From contig SFIM01000042.1 in assembly GCA_004556155.1 (NCBI GenBank), positions 1 to 13,449 of the forward strand: a stretch of DNA of 13,449 nucleotides, in the 5' to 3' direction. The notes beneath the pieces are model-generated. The model was not told where the DNA came from and ran no database searches. It worked only from the letters and a program-made list of their open reading frames with translations. Shown here in pieces: positions 1 through 6,465 of the stretch. The stretch comes from Clostridiales bacterium. Its GTDB lineage: Bacteria; Bacillota; Clostridia; Christensenellales; Aristaeellaceae. Numbering within the stretch: position 1 is the first letter of the stretch; each line of letters begins with the position of its first letter. A program made the translations under genes and the position numbers.

Positions 1-68
1 CGCAGCTGGCAGATCGTACTTACGCGTTAACGCGTTCGCGCAGGACGGAGGGCTATGCCCGCATAGTG

Positions 69-95
69 ACAACCACCGGCTACGCCGGTGGTTGT
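69..95. terminator. GC-rich hairpin between the 105..974 CDS and whatever lies upstream of the window; possible (bidirectional?) terminator
   Basis: Perfect inverted repeat acaaccaccgg (69-79) / ccggtggttgt (85-95) with a 3-5 nt loop. It lies 10 nt beyond the minus-strand TAA at 105-107. The plus side is followed by T-rich gttctgctatt; the minus side has no clean U-tract, so the direction served is uncertain. Confidence 0.45.
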
Positions 96-104
96 GTTCT
101 GCTA

Positions 105-974
105 TTACTGCGCCGCGGGGAATAGGAAGCCAGCGGTCATTTCCAGGTAGTTGTCACCTGCGTAATCCGGGAAGGCTTCGTGCATCTGTGCGATGAAATC
201 GTCAGCGGATTTCGCACTTTCCGCGATTTCGGCAGTCTTCGTCAGATATTCGATCTTGGTCTGCACGGCGTCCCTGCCCTCGGGCATATTGTGGCCCGTC
301 AGCACCAGGTCATAATCAAAGCCTTCCAGCTCCGCCTTGAAGACTTTGATGCGATCGATGCTGGTGAGGATGTTGTGCGTGGCCGATCCCATCATGTGAG
401 TGTAAATGACGTTCATCGCGGGGATCTCCACGCCGTAAGCGTCGTCGCCCTCATTGCGAATCACGAAGTCCAGCCCCGCCAGCGTGACGGTATCGCCAAA
501 GAAAATGATCTGCGCGTTCGCCGGATGATCCGCAGCTACCGTATTGCCAAAGGCCACGATAAAGCCGTCCGTCAGCGCGCGGATAGAGCCATTCTCTGCC
601 CAGTTGGCCACGGCGTTTTCGGTGGCATAGGGCGCGTCGGCGCTATAAGCATCGGAGCCGTTGGGATGATAGGCCATCAGCTTGCACGCTACGGGCTTGC
701 CCAGACTGTCTATATAGGCTTTCCAGGCGTTGTTGCCAGCGGTAAACGCGGTGCTTTCCAGCAGCACCACCCCCTCCGGGCTTTCAACAGCATAGCACAC
801 ATCGCCCAGCGCGTCGCCGGAAACATAGGCGTGCAGGCGGTTTTCGCCAAAATCATAAACCTGAACGCTGCCTGTTTCCAGCGCGACGGCTTGATAAGCT
901 GCGGCGTTCGTTTCAGCATAAGCGGCGGCAAAGAGCAGCATGCAGGCAAGCAGAATCGAAATGAATTTCTTCAT
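105..974 (-). CDS. Secreted protein, metallo-beta-lactamase-fold-like with a degenerate metal-binding motif; function unknown
   Basis: 289-aa ORF with an ATG at 972-974, a GGAG upstream, and an N-terminal signal peptide MKKFISILLACMLLFAAAYA. The layout resembles an MBL fold: GKPVACKLMAYHPNGSD sits where THxHxDH normally is, followed by IYTHMMGSATH and VLTGHNMPEG. The antisense ORF 180..1016 has the R/H/G/V-rich composition typical of a shadow ORF. Confidence 0.8.
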   Translation of the reverse strand: MKKFISILLACMLLFAAAYAETNAAAYQAVALETGSVQVYDFGENRLHAYVSGDALGDVCYAVESPEGVVLLESTAFTAGNNAWKAYIDSLGKPVACKLMAYHPNGSDAYSADAPYATENAVANWAENGSIRALTDGFIVAFGNTVAADHPANAQIIFFGDTVTLAGLDFVIRNEGDDAYGVEIPAMNVIYTHMMGSATHNILTSIDRIKVFKAELEGFDYDLVLTGHNMPEGRDAVQTKIEYLTKTAEIAESAKSADDFIAQMHEAFPDYAGDNYLEMTAGFLFPAAQ

Positions 975-1123
975 GGGTGGTATACTCCGAGTGGGTTGGT
1001 CGTTTCAGTGTTCTGATCTTGTGGCCACGACCATAGGATACACAATTCTCGGAGGAGAAACAAGTACGCACTTTTTTATTAGGTACGCACCTGAAAGTAA
1101 CTGCCTGTCAAGGGGCGCTTGTT

Positions 1124-1470
1124 TTATGCACGGGCGCTTTCTATCCGCCGGCTGGGATGATAATACAGCAGCGCGGTCAGCACCAGCAGCGCCGTTGTGG
1201 ACAGGCTGATAGGATAGGCCGTCATGATGGTTTTGAAGGTGCGGCTTTGCGGAAATACCCCCTGAATCCAAGCGATACGCACGCCGCATACGCCCAGCAT
1301 GGTCAGCAGCGCGGGCGGCAGCGATATGCCAAAGCCGCGCAGATAGCCCGACATCACCTCGTACATCAGGCTCAGCGAGTGAGATAGCATTACCATCATC
1401 AGGCGGATAAAGCCAGTCTCCACCACCTCGGGATCGTTATTGAAGATGGCCAGCAGGTTTTTGCCAAAGC
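1124..1470 (-). pseudogene. C-terminal remnant (about 115 aa) of a MATE-family efflux transporter, 5'-truncated
   Basis: The minus frame reads ...LCFGKNLLAIFNNDPEVVETGFIRLMMVMLSHSLSLMYEVMSGYLRGFGISLPPALLTMLGVCGVRIAWIQGVFPQSRTFKTIMTAYPISLSTTALLVLTALLYYHPSRRIESARA* (TAA at 1124-1126). This is typical of the last TM helices of MATE proteins, which are normally about 450 aa. The similarity ends near 1470 and the frame hits a stop at 1493-1495. The tracked ORF starts at a GTG with no RBS. Confidence 0.75.
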
Positions 1471-1638
1471 ACAGGTGACGTGGCGGCTCTGCTCAAGGGC
1501 AAAAAGCCCACGGCTGAGCTGGCGGCGCAGGCGGGCGAGTTGACAATCAGCAAAGCCATGCACATGGAGAAGAACGCCTACAAGGTAAACGGCATTCAGG
1601 CTATGGTGGAGCGCTTTGTCGCCAGCCTGGTCAAATAA
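1471..1638 (+). pseudogene. 3' remnant (about 55 codons) of an unidentified gene, 5'-truncated at the same junction
   Basis: Frame 1 is open from 1444 and reads TGDVAALLKGKKPTAELAAQAGELTISKAMHMEKNAYKVNGIQAMVERFVASLVK* (TAA at 1636-1638). The only in-frame ATGs are near the 3' end. The GTG at 1480 sits 1 nt after an AGGTGA, which is too close for an RBS. The composition is coding-like but I cannot assign a family. Confidence 0.45.
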
Positions 1639-1701
1639 GCAAGAATGACGATTGCCAGGCAGGGAGCCGCATGACTCTTTGCCGGGCAGAAAGGGAACAA
1701 T

Positions 1702-2073
1702 ATGCTTAAAAAGTCCGGAAAGGCTTTCCTGGTGGGCGGCTGCATCGGCCTGGCAGGTGAAGCGCTGATTCAGCTTGCCGGTCTGTTTATCAAGGATCCT
1801 ACGATGGCCATGATGGCGGGCATTCTGCTGTTTGGTATCGTCGCGGTGGGGCTGATTGCATCCGGACTGTACTTCAAAATTGCGAAGCTTGGCGAGGAAG
1901 GTGCGGCGATTCCCGTATGCGGTCTGATGCTTGGCGCGGCCACGGGCGCGGCTGCCGCGCGCGCCGCCGGAAAATCCAAGGGTCAGGCTTTCCTGGCTGG
2001 CTTCTGGGGCGTAATCAAGGTGCTGGGTACGGGCTATGTGCTGGCCCTTGCCCTGGGACTGTTGCTGCGCTGA
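1702..2073 (+). CDS. SpoVAC/SpoVAEB-family sporulation membrane protein (SpoVAC-like, divergent)
   Basis: 123-aa ORF with an AAAGGGA RBS 6 nt before the ATG at 1702 and four hydrophobic segments. KAFLVGGCIGLAGEALIQL matches the conserved KAFLVGGxICxIGQ opening of SpoVAC. G-rich GEEGAAIPVCGL occupies the position of the family GAGxxVPxTGF motif. Confidence 0.75.
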   Translation: MLKKSGKAFLVGGCIGLAGEALIQLAGLFIKDPTMAMMAGILLFGIVAVGLIASGLYFKIAKLGEEGAAIPVCGLMLGAATGAAAARAAGKSKGQAFLAGFWGVIKVLGTGYVLALALGLLLR

Positions 2074-2099
2074 CGCGCGCGCGGAAAGGTTGGGTTAGA

Positions 2100-2596
2100 A
2101 TGGCTTTTGTTTACGCATTCCTGATCTCGGGCTGCATCTGCGCGCTGACGCAGTGCCTGAGCAGCCTGAAGGTTCCCTTTCCACTGGTGGCGATTCTGCT
2201 GATGGTGCTGGGCGGCGGCCTGTGCACCAAGCTGGGATTTTTGATTGGCTCAATGCCCTCTCCGCTGCGGGCCTGGCCGTTACGGCTGTGGGCTGCGGAA
2301 ACGGCGCATATAACGCGGGCGTTGCGTTGGCTGCCGTGGGCACGGCGCAGCCGCTGCTGCTGACCGCCGCGCTCAACGTGATCCTGGTTGGCCTGGGCGC
2401 GGGCGTGGTGAGCGCCTGCACCAACATTGCCATGAAGGTGAAGCTGGACGAAACGGGTGAGGAATACGCCTTTGCGTTTCCCTACTCATTCAAGCAGTTC
2501 TTTACCGCTGAGGATCCGGCGCTCCAGCAGGAGATCCTTGATTTCTATGATTCCGGAGCCTGGGTGGCCCCGATCCATGATCATTACGATTGCTAA
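2100..2596 (+). pseudogene. SpoVAEB-like membrane protein gene interrupted by a 1-nt frameshift in a T5 run, with an about 50-aa acidic C-terminal tail
   Basis: From the ATG at 2100, frame 3 gives MAFVYAFLISGCICALTQCLSSLKVPFPLVAILLMVLGGGLCTKLG. Compare the B. subtilis SpoVAEB opening MIFLWAFLVGGAICVIGQ. The family-like sequence continues in frame 2 from about 2237: IFDWLNALSAAGLAVTAVGCGNGAYNAGVALAAVG...VVSACTNIAMKVKLDETGEE...HDHYDC* (TAA at 2594-2596). The switch point is ggga-ttttt-gat (T run 2238-2242). One extra T would give a continuous ...TKLGFFDWLNAL.... Confidence 0.7.
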
Positions 2597-2618
2597 TGAA
2601 AAGCATATAAAACACTGC

Positions 2619-2656
2619 GAAAAAGCCACGCTGAAGAGAAATCAGCGTGGCTTTCA
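2619..2656. terminator. Bidirectional rho-independent terminator between convergent genes
   Basis: An 11-bp perfect stem agccacgctga (2624-2634) / tcagcgtggct (2642-2652) with a 7-nt loop. It is flanked by aaaa on the left (a UUUUU tract on the minus transcript) and ttt on the right (plus transcript). Confidence 0.7.
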
Positions 2657-2690
2657 TCGTGTGCAAATGGAAATGCACTTATTGAAATAT

Positions 2691-2739
2691 ATAAAAGCGC
2701 TCCGGCTTACAGACAATAGCTGCCTGCGGCCGGAGCGCT
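2691..2739 (-). terminator. Rho-independent terminator of the maltodextrin operon
   Basis: A 10-11 bp GC stem gcgctccggc (2697-2706) / gccggagcgc (2729-2738) with a 22-nt loop. On the minus transcript it is followed by uuuuauauauuu. It starts 14 nt after the TAA at 2753-2755. Confidence 0.7.
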
Positions 2740-2752
2740 GGATTGTTTTGCC

Positions 2753-4000
2753 TTACTTAACCGTAACGGTCTTTTCGGCGGGATTGAGGGTGATGGTGTA
2801 TTCGCCGGGGGCGACGAGGATATTATCGCCGTTTTCCGTGCCGAACCAGTATTCGTTCGCTACGTTGCCGCCGCAGCCGTAAACGCACTTGAAGGCGACC
2901 TTGCCGCCCGCCCATTCGGCGGTTTCCTTATCGGTGAAGCTCACCTTCAGGGAATAGGTGCCGTCGCCGTTATTGGCCATTTTATAGGCCTCGTTCTCGG
3001 CGTTCGCATCCGCGGCCCAGCCGCCGTTGCCGCAGGTGCCGACTACATAGTACGCGGGAGTCTCGCAGACGATGGGCGCGGCCAGTTTGTTATCCTCCGT
3101 CAGCTTGACGAAGACCATGTAGTGTCCCCTGTTGACCTTGATGTTGCCATCGGGGGCAGCAAACCACGCATCGGAGGCGTAATTCTTCACGCCGAATTCG
3201 CCCTCGTCGTCGTTGCAGTCAAATTCGCCGTACCAGACGTAGTCCGAGCCGTTCTGCTGGAGCTTCACGTTCTGCTCCACATCCCAGCCAAGGAAGGAGG
3301 CGTGCACCTGCAGGTCAAAGGAATACTCGGCCGCCGCCGCATCGCCCAGGCGCTCGGCGCTGATCTTGCACAGGGAGATGGTTTCCGCGTCAGTGGTCAG
3401 GGTCAGGCGATAGAAGCCGTCCTGAAGCACCTTGATGTTCGCGCCGGTGTCAAAGGCGTCCTCGCCGCCGGTCATGTATTCGGACTTGACCACATTGCGG
3501 CTGTCCAGGCTGTCCACCTCCGACCAGGCGTAGCCCTCGCCGATCACGGCGATTTTGAATTCATCGCCCGTGTAGAGGTTGACGTCGATGGCGAAGGTGT
3601 TGAACTGGCCTTCGACGGGCTGGAGGCGGTAGTTGTCCTGCGGCCAGACCTTGCCCCAGGCGTTATCCGGGTAGCCGGTCAGCGAGCCGGCCAGCATCCA
3701 CGGGCGCTCGTCGGCCATGGCGCTCTGCCAGGCCACGAACAGGGTGGTGTCCTTCTGGATGGGCTTGCCGTCATAGGCGCGCAGCAGCGCGGGCGTGACG
3801 TAGACGCCCTGCAGCACATAGCCTTCCTTCACATAGCCGATATCGGTGACGGCTTCGCCCTTGGCGATTTCAAACTCATTCAGGACGGTCACGCCGTCGC
3901 TGTCCACGATGGTGATTTTCACCTTTTCGCCTTCGGCGAGCGCCGCGCAGCAGCACAGGCACAGAACCAGCGCCAGCAGGATAGAGAGAGCCTTTTTCAT
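2753..4000 (-). CDS. Secreted/lipid-anchored surface protein with an N-terminal Listeria-Bacteroides-repeat-like domain and three tandem CBM-like (putative starch-binding) beta-sandwich modules
   Basis: The tracked ORF (to 4237) has an implausible R/G-rich N-terminal extension. The real start is the ATG at 3998-4000, 7 nt after AGGAGG (4008-4013 complement). The signal peptide is MKKALSILLALVLCLCCCAALAEG. GYVLQGVYV...TTLFVAW resembles the GYxFxGWY...LYAxW repeat. Three modules share the pattern [aliphatic]-G-...-W ... G(D/E)(E)F(K/G)(I/V) ... NI(K/L)V..G.Y..(T/V)L, at about aa 100-210, 228-301 and 316-415. It is the last gene of a starch/maltodextrin operon. Confidence 0.8.
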   Translation of the reverse strand: MKKALSILLALVLCLCCCAALAEGEKVKITIVDSDGVTVLNEFEIAKGEAVTDIGYVKEGYVLQGVYVTPALLRAYDGKPIQKDTTLFVAWQSAMADERPWMLAGSLTGYPDNAWGKVWPQDNYRLQPVEGQFNTFAIDVNLYTGDEFKIAVIGEGYAWSEVDSLDSRNVVKSEYMTGGEDAFDTGANIKVLQDGFYRLTLTTDAETISLCKISAERLGDAAAAEYSFDLQVHASFLGWDVEQNVKLQQNGSDYVWYGEFDCNDDEGEFGVKNYASDAWFAAPDGNIKVNRGHYMVFVKLTEDNKLAAPIVCETPAYYVVGTCGNGGWAADANAENEAYKMANNGDGTYSLKVSFTDKETAEWAGGKVAFKCVYGCGGNVANEYWFGTENGDNILVAPGEYTITLNPAEKTVTVK

Positions 4001-4047
4001 GGATATTCCTCCTTTTATTTTGATAATCCCCTTGCGGGGCTCATCTC

Positions 4048-5535
4048 TTATTGAAAAATCGTAATGCCATAGGAGGGGACGAGCGCCTCGCCGCCGTTTA
4101 CCTCGGCCTCGCCCCAGATTTCCAATTCGCCCGCCAGCTGCGTATAGCCGCCGGGCAGCGGGAAGGAAAGGTCGTCGATGGACAGATTGACCGCAATGAG
4201 AATCCGGTCGCCCTGCCAGTCCTTTTCGATCAGGCACAGGCTCGCATCCGGGCTTTCAAGCACCATTGGCGTGCCGCGCGCGATCTGCGGGAACTGATGC
4301 CGCAGCGCCAGCGCCGCGCGATAGTAATTGAGGATGGAAAGCGGATTGCCCTCCTGCTCCTGCACGGAGGGGAAGGGATAATCGGCAACCGTTGTGCCGG
4401 GCGGGCAGCGGGTGATGTTCATCTTCTTATCCCAGAACATGCCCAGCCGCTTGTTCGGGTCGTTTCCCGTGCCCGCCATGCCGATTTCATCGCCGTAGTA
4501 AACGAAGATGGAGCCGTTGAGAATGCTCAGCAGGCCGCAGGCCATCTTGGCGTTCGTGGGTGAACTGGCGCCAAGGCTGTTGATGATGCGCGGCGTATCG
4601 TGATTGCCCAGGAAGGGGGTCATCACGTATTCTCCCAGCTCGCGCTGAAGCAGATTGATGACGTTGCCCAGGCTTTCGCCCTTCTTTTCCACATCGTTTC
4701 CCAAAATCTTGGCGATATAGCCGCTGCCCTGCGCCACTGGGAAGGCGAAAAAGCTGTCCACGCCGCTGGCGTAATAATCGTGGATGGTGTACAGGCTGTC
4801 CCAGCATTCGCCCACGATAAAGCAGTCGGGGCGGATGGCCTTGGCCGCGCCGTTCAGCCAGCGCAGGAAGGAAATGTTCTTTTCCTTATTGCCGGTATAG
4901 TAGCTTGTCACCGCGTCCAGGCGGAAGCCGTCCACGCCCATTTCCAGCCAGAAGCGCATGATCTCTTCGATTTCCGCGCGCACCTGCGGGTTATCCAGGT
5001 TCAGATCCGGCATGGTGGATACAAAGCGGGATTCAAAGTATGTGCCGTCCGGCAGCGCGTTGTAGCCCGTTTTGGGGGTATCGGAAAAGTTGTAATACGC
5101 GCGGTAGGGCGAATCGGCGCTGGCCCTGGCGGCCTGGAACCACGGGTGCTCGCTGGAGGTGTGGTTGACCACCAGATCAAGGATTACGTTGATGCCTGCC
5201 TCGTGCGCGGCGGCCAGAAAGGCCTGAAAATCGGCCAGCGTGCCGTACTGCGGATCGATGGCGCAATAGTCCGTCACATCGTATTTGTGATAGCTGGGCG
5301 AGGGATGGATGGGCATCAGCCATATTCCGTCCACATGCAGGGACTGGAGATAGGGCAGCTTTTCCTTCAGGCCGACAAAATCGCCGATTCGGTCTCCGTT
5401 GCCGTCGGCAAACGAATAGACAAAGATTTCGTACCAGTTGTCAGCCAGCGCTGCGTCATCGTTATTCAGCGCCAGGGCGGGCGCTGCGGACACAAGCAGG
5501 CAGGCAGCCAGCAGGAACGCAAGGATTTTTCTCAT
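4048..5535 (-). CDS. Extracellular (lipoprotein-type signal) GH13 alpha-amylase-family glycosidase
   Basis: The four GH13 conserved regions are present: DLVVNHTS, GVDGFRLDAV (nucleophile Asp), FIVGECW (acid/base Glu) and FLGNHDTPR. The signal peptide MRKILAFLLAACLLVSAAPALA carries an L-A-A-C lipobox. I place the start at the ATG at 5533-5535, 7 nt after AGGAG, rather than the tracked GTG at 5541. Confidence 0.9.
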   Translation of the reverse strand: MRKILAFLLAACLLVSAAPALALNNDDAALADNWYEIFVYSFADGNGDRIGDFVGLKEKLPYLQSLHVDGIWLMPIHPSPSYHKYDVTDYCAIDPQYGTLADFQAFLAAAHEAGINVILDLVVNHTSSEHPWFQAARASADSPYRAYYNFSDTPKTGYNALPDGTYFESRFVSTMPDLNLDNPQVRAEIEEIMRFWLEMGVDGFRLDAVTSYYTGNKEKNISFLRWLNGAAKAIRPDCFIVGECWDSLYTIHDYYASGVDSFFAFPVAQGSGYIAKILGNDVEKKGESLGNVINLLQRELGEYVMTPFLGNHDTPRIINSLGASSPTNAKMACGLLSILNGSIFVYYGDEIGMAGTGNDPNKRLGMFWDKKMNITRCPPGTTVADYPFPSVQEQEGNPLSILNYYRAALALRHQFPQIARGTPMVLESPDASLCLIEKDWQGDRILIAVNLSIDDLSFPLPGGYTQLAGELEIWGEAEVNGGEALVPSYGITIFQ

Positions 5536-5589
5536 GGGCACGCTCCTTTCATGGGAAAGCAGGGGCAGGGAAGGGCATTTTGCCCTCTT

Positions 5590-6465
5590 TTATCCCTTCA
5601 CAGCGCCGGCGGTAAGGCCGTTGACGATGTGCTTGACCAGGCAGAAGTAGAGAATCACGATGGGCACGGCGATGAACACGCTGCCGGCGGCGAAGCGGGA
5701 AAAGTGCGTTTCAGGCATCGAGAACAGACCGACGGCGACCGTCCACTGATCGCGGTTCTTCAGCAGCAGCTTGGGCAGCAGGCAGTCGCTCCACGGCCAG
5801 GCAAACTGCGTAAGGGCGGTGTAGACGATCATGGGCTTGGACAGCGGCAGGGTGATCTTGGTGAAGATTTGCAGGTTGGTCGCGCCGTCGATGCGCGCGG
5901 CCTCGTGGATGGTGGCGGGGATCGTATCAAAGTAGCCCTTCTGCACCAGATACCCCATCGGCGCGGTGCCCGCGTAGAGGAAGATCAGCGCCTCCAGGCG
6001 GTTGAGCAGCCCCAGCTGCGCCATGATGATGTAGATGGCGGTCATGCCCATGAAACCAGGAAACATGCCCAGCACCAGCGTCAGGTTCTTGATTGCGTTG
6101 CGCCCCTTGAAGCGGAAGCGGCTCATCACATAGCCGGTCAGGATGACCAGCACCGTGCCGAAAACGCAGCTCATGGACGCGACGTAAAGGGTGTTTATGA
6201 ACCACTGGCGGTAGGGATACAGGCCGTTCACATCATCGGTAAAGAGGTCGACGAAGGTTTTCAGGCTGTATTCCGCCGGGAAGAAGCCGTGAATCTCGTA
6301 CAGGCTGCCCGATTTGCTCAGCGAGGCCAGAATCAGCCACAGGCAGGGGAGCAGAAAGATCAGGGAAACGACGGTCAGCGCCAGATAGGTGAACCCATCG
6401 TCCACAGCGCGGCGCAGCGTCAGCTTTCGTTTTCCGGGCTTGGCCGGCATGGCGTGTGCGCTCAT
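5590..6465 (-). CDS. Sugar ABC transporter permease, MalG-like
   Basis: 291 aa with multiple TM segments and the EAA loop EAARIDGATNLQIFTKITLPLSKP. Its ATG overlaps the upstream TGA in an ATGA (6462-6465). Confidence 0.9.
   Translation of the reverse strand: MSAHAMPAKPGKRKLTLRRAVDDGFTYLALTVVSLIFLLPCLWLILASLSKSGSLYEIHGFFPAEYSLKTFVDLFTDDVNGLYPYRQWFINTLYVASMSCVFGTVLVILTGYVMSRFRFKGRNAIKNLTLVLGMFPGFMGMTAIYIIMAQLGLLNRLEALIFLYAGTAPMGYLVQKGYFDTIPATIHEAARIDGATNLQIFTKITLPLSKPMIVYTALTQFAWPWSDCLLPKLLLKNRDQWTVAVGLFSMPETHFSRFAAGSVFIAVPIVILYFCLVKHIVNGLTAGAVKG

Noticed and set aside
1-30. Possible 3' end of a plus-strand gene (...RSWQIVLTR*, TAA at 28-30)
   Set aside because: Only 9 codons are visible, and two other frames are also open here. 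This cannot be supported from the window.
180-1016. 278-aa plus-strand ORF overlapping the 105..974 gene
   Set aside because: The opposite-strand ORF has a clean signal peptide, an RBS and a globular composition. This one is R/H/G/V-rich shadow sequence.
1652-1689. Imperfect direct repeat ttgccaggcag / ttgccgggcag
   Set aside because: Short (11 nt with 1 mismatch), GC-rich, with no associated structure or second context. It is compatible with chance in a 60% GC genome.
1669-1702. Forespore sigma-factor-like motif (GCATG ... GGGAACAATA) upstream of the SpoVAC-like gene
   Set aside because: The -10-like element overlaps the RBS and the ATG at 1702, so a transcript started there could not encode the protein. 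The spacer also looks too long. It is probably coincidental.
3122-4054. 310-aa plus-strand ORF
   Set aside because: Antisense shadow of the CBM-protein gene, with no start context or motifs.
4001-4237. 79-codon N-terminal extension of the CBM-protein ORF (tracked start at 4237)
   Set aside because: The extension is R/G-rich and overlaps the 3' end of the amylase gene. A canonical AGGAGG-7nt-ATG and a signal peptide begin at 4000.
4477-4504. 28-nt exact repeat catgccgatttcatcgccgtagtaaacg, also at 9645..9672
   Set aside because: Both copies encode the same conserved GH13 segment (VYYGDEIGM) in two paralogous genes with the same strong codon bias. The flanking nucleotides diverge immediately, so it is not a mobile or regulatory repeat. 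Local gene conversion cannot be excluded but is not needed.
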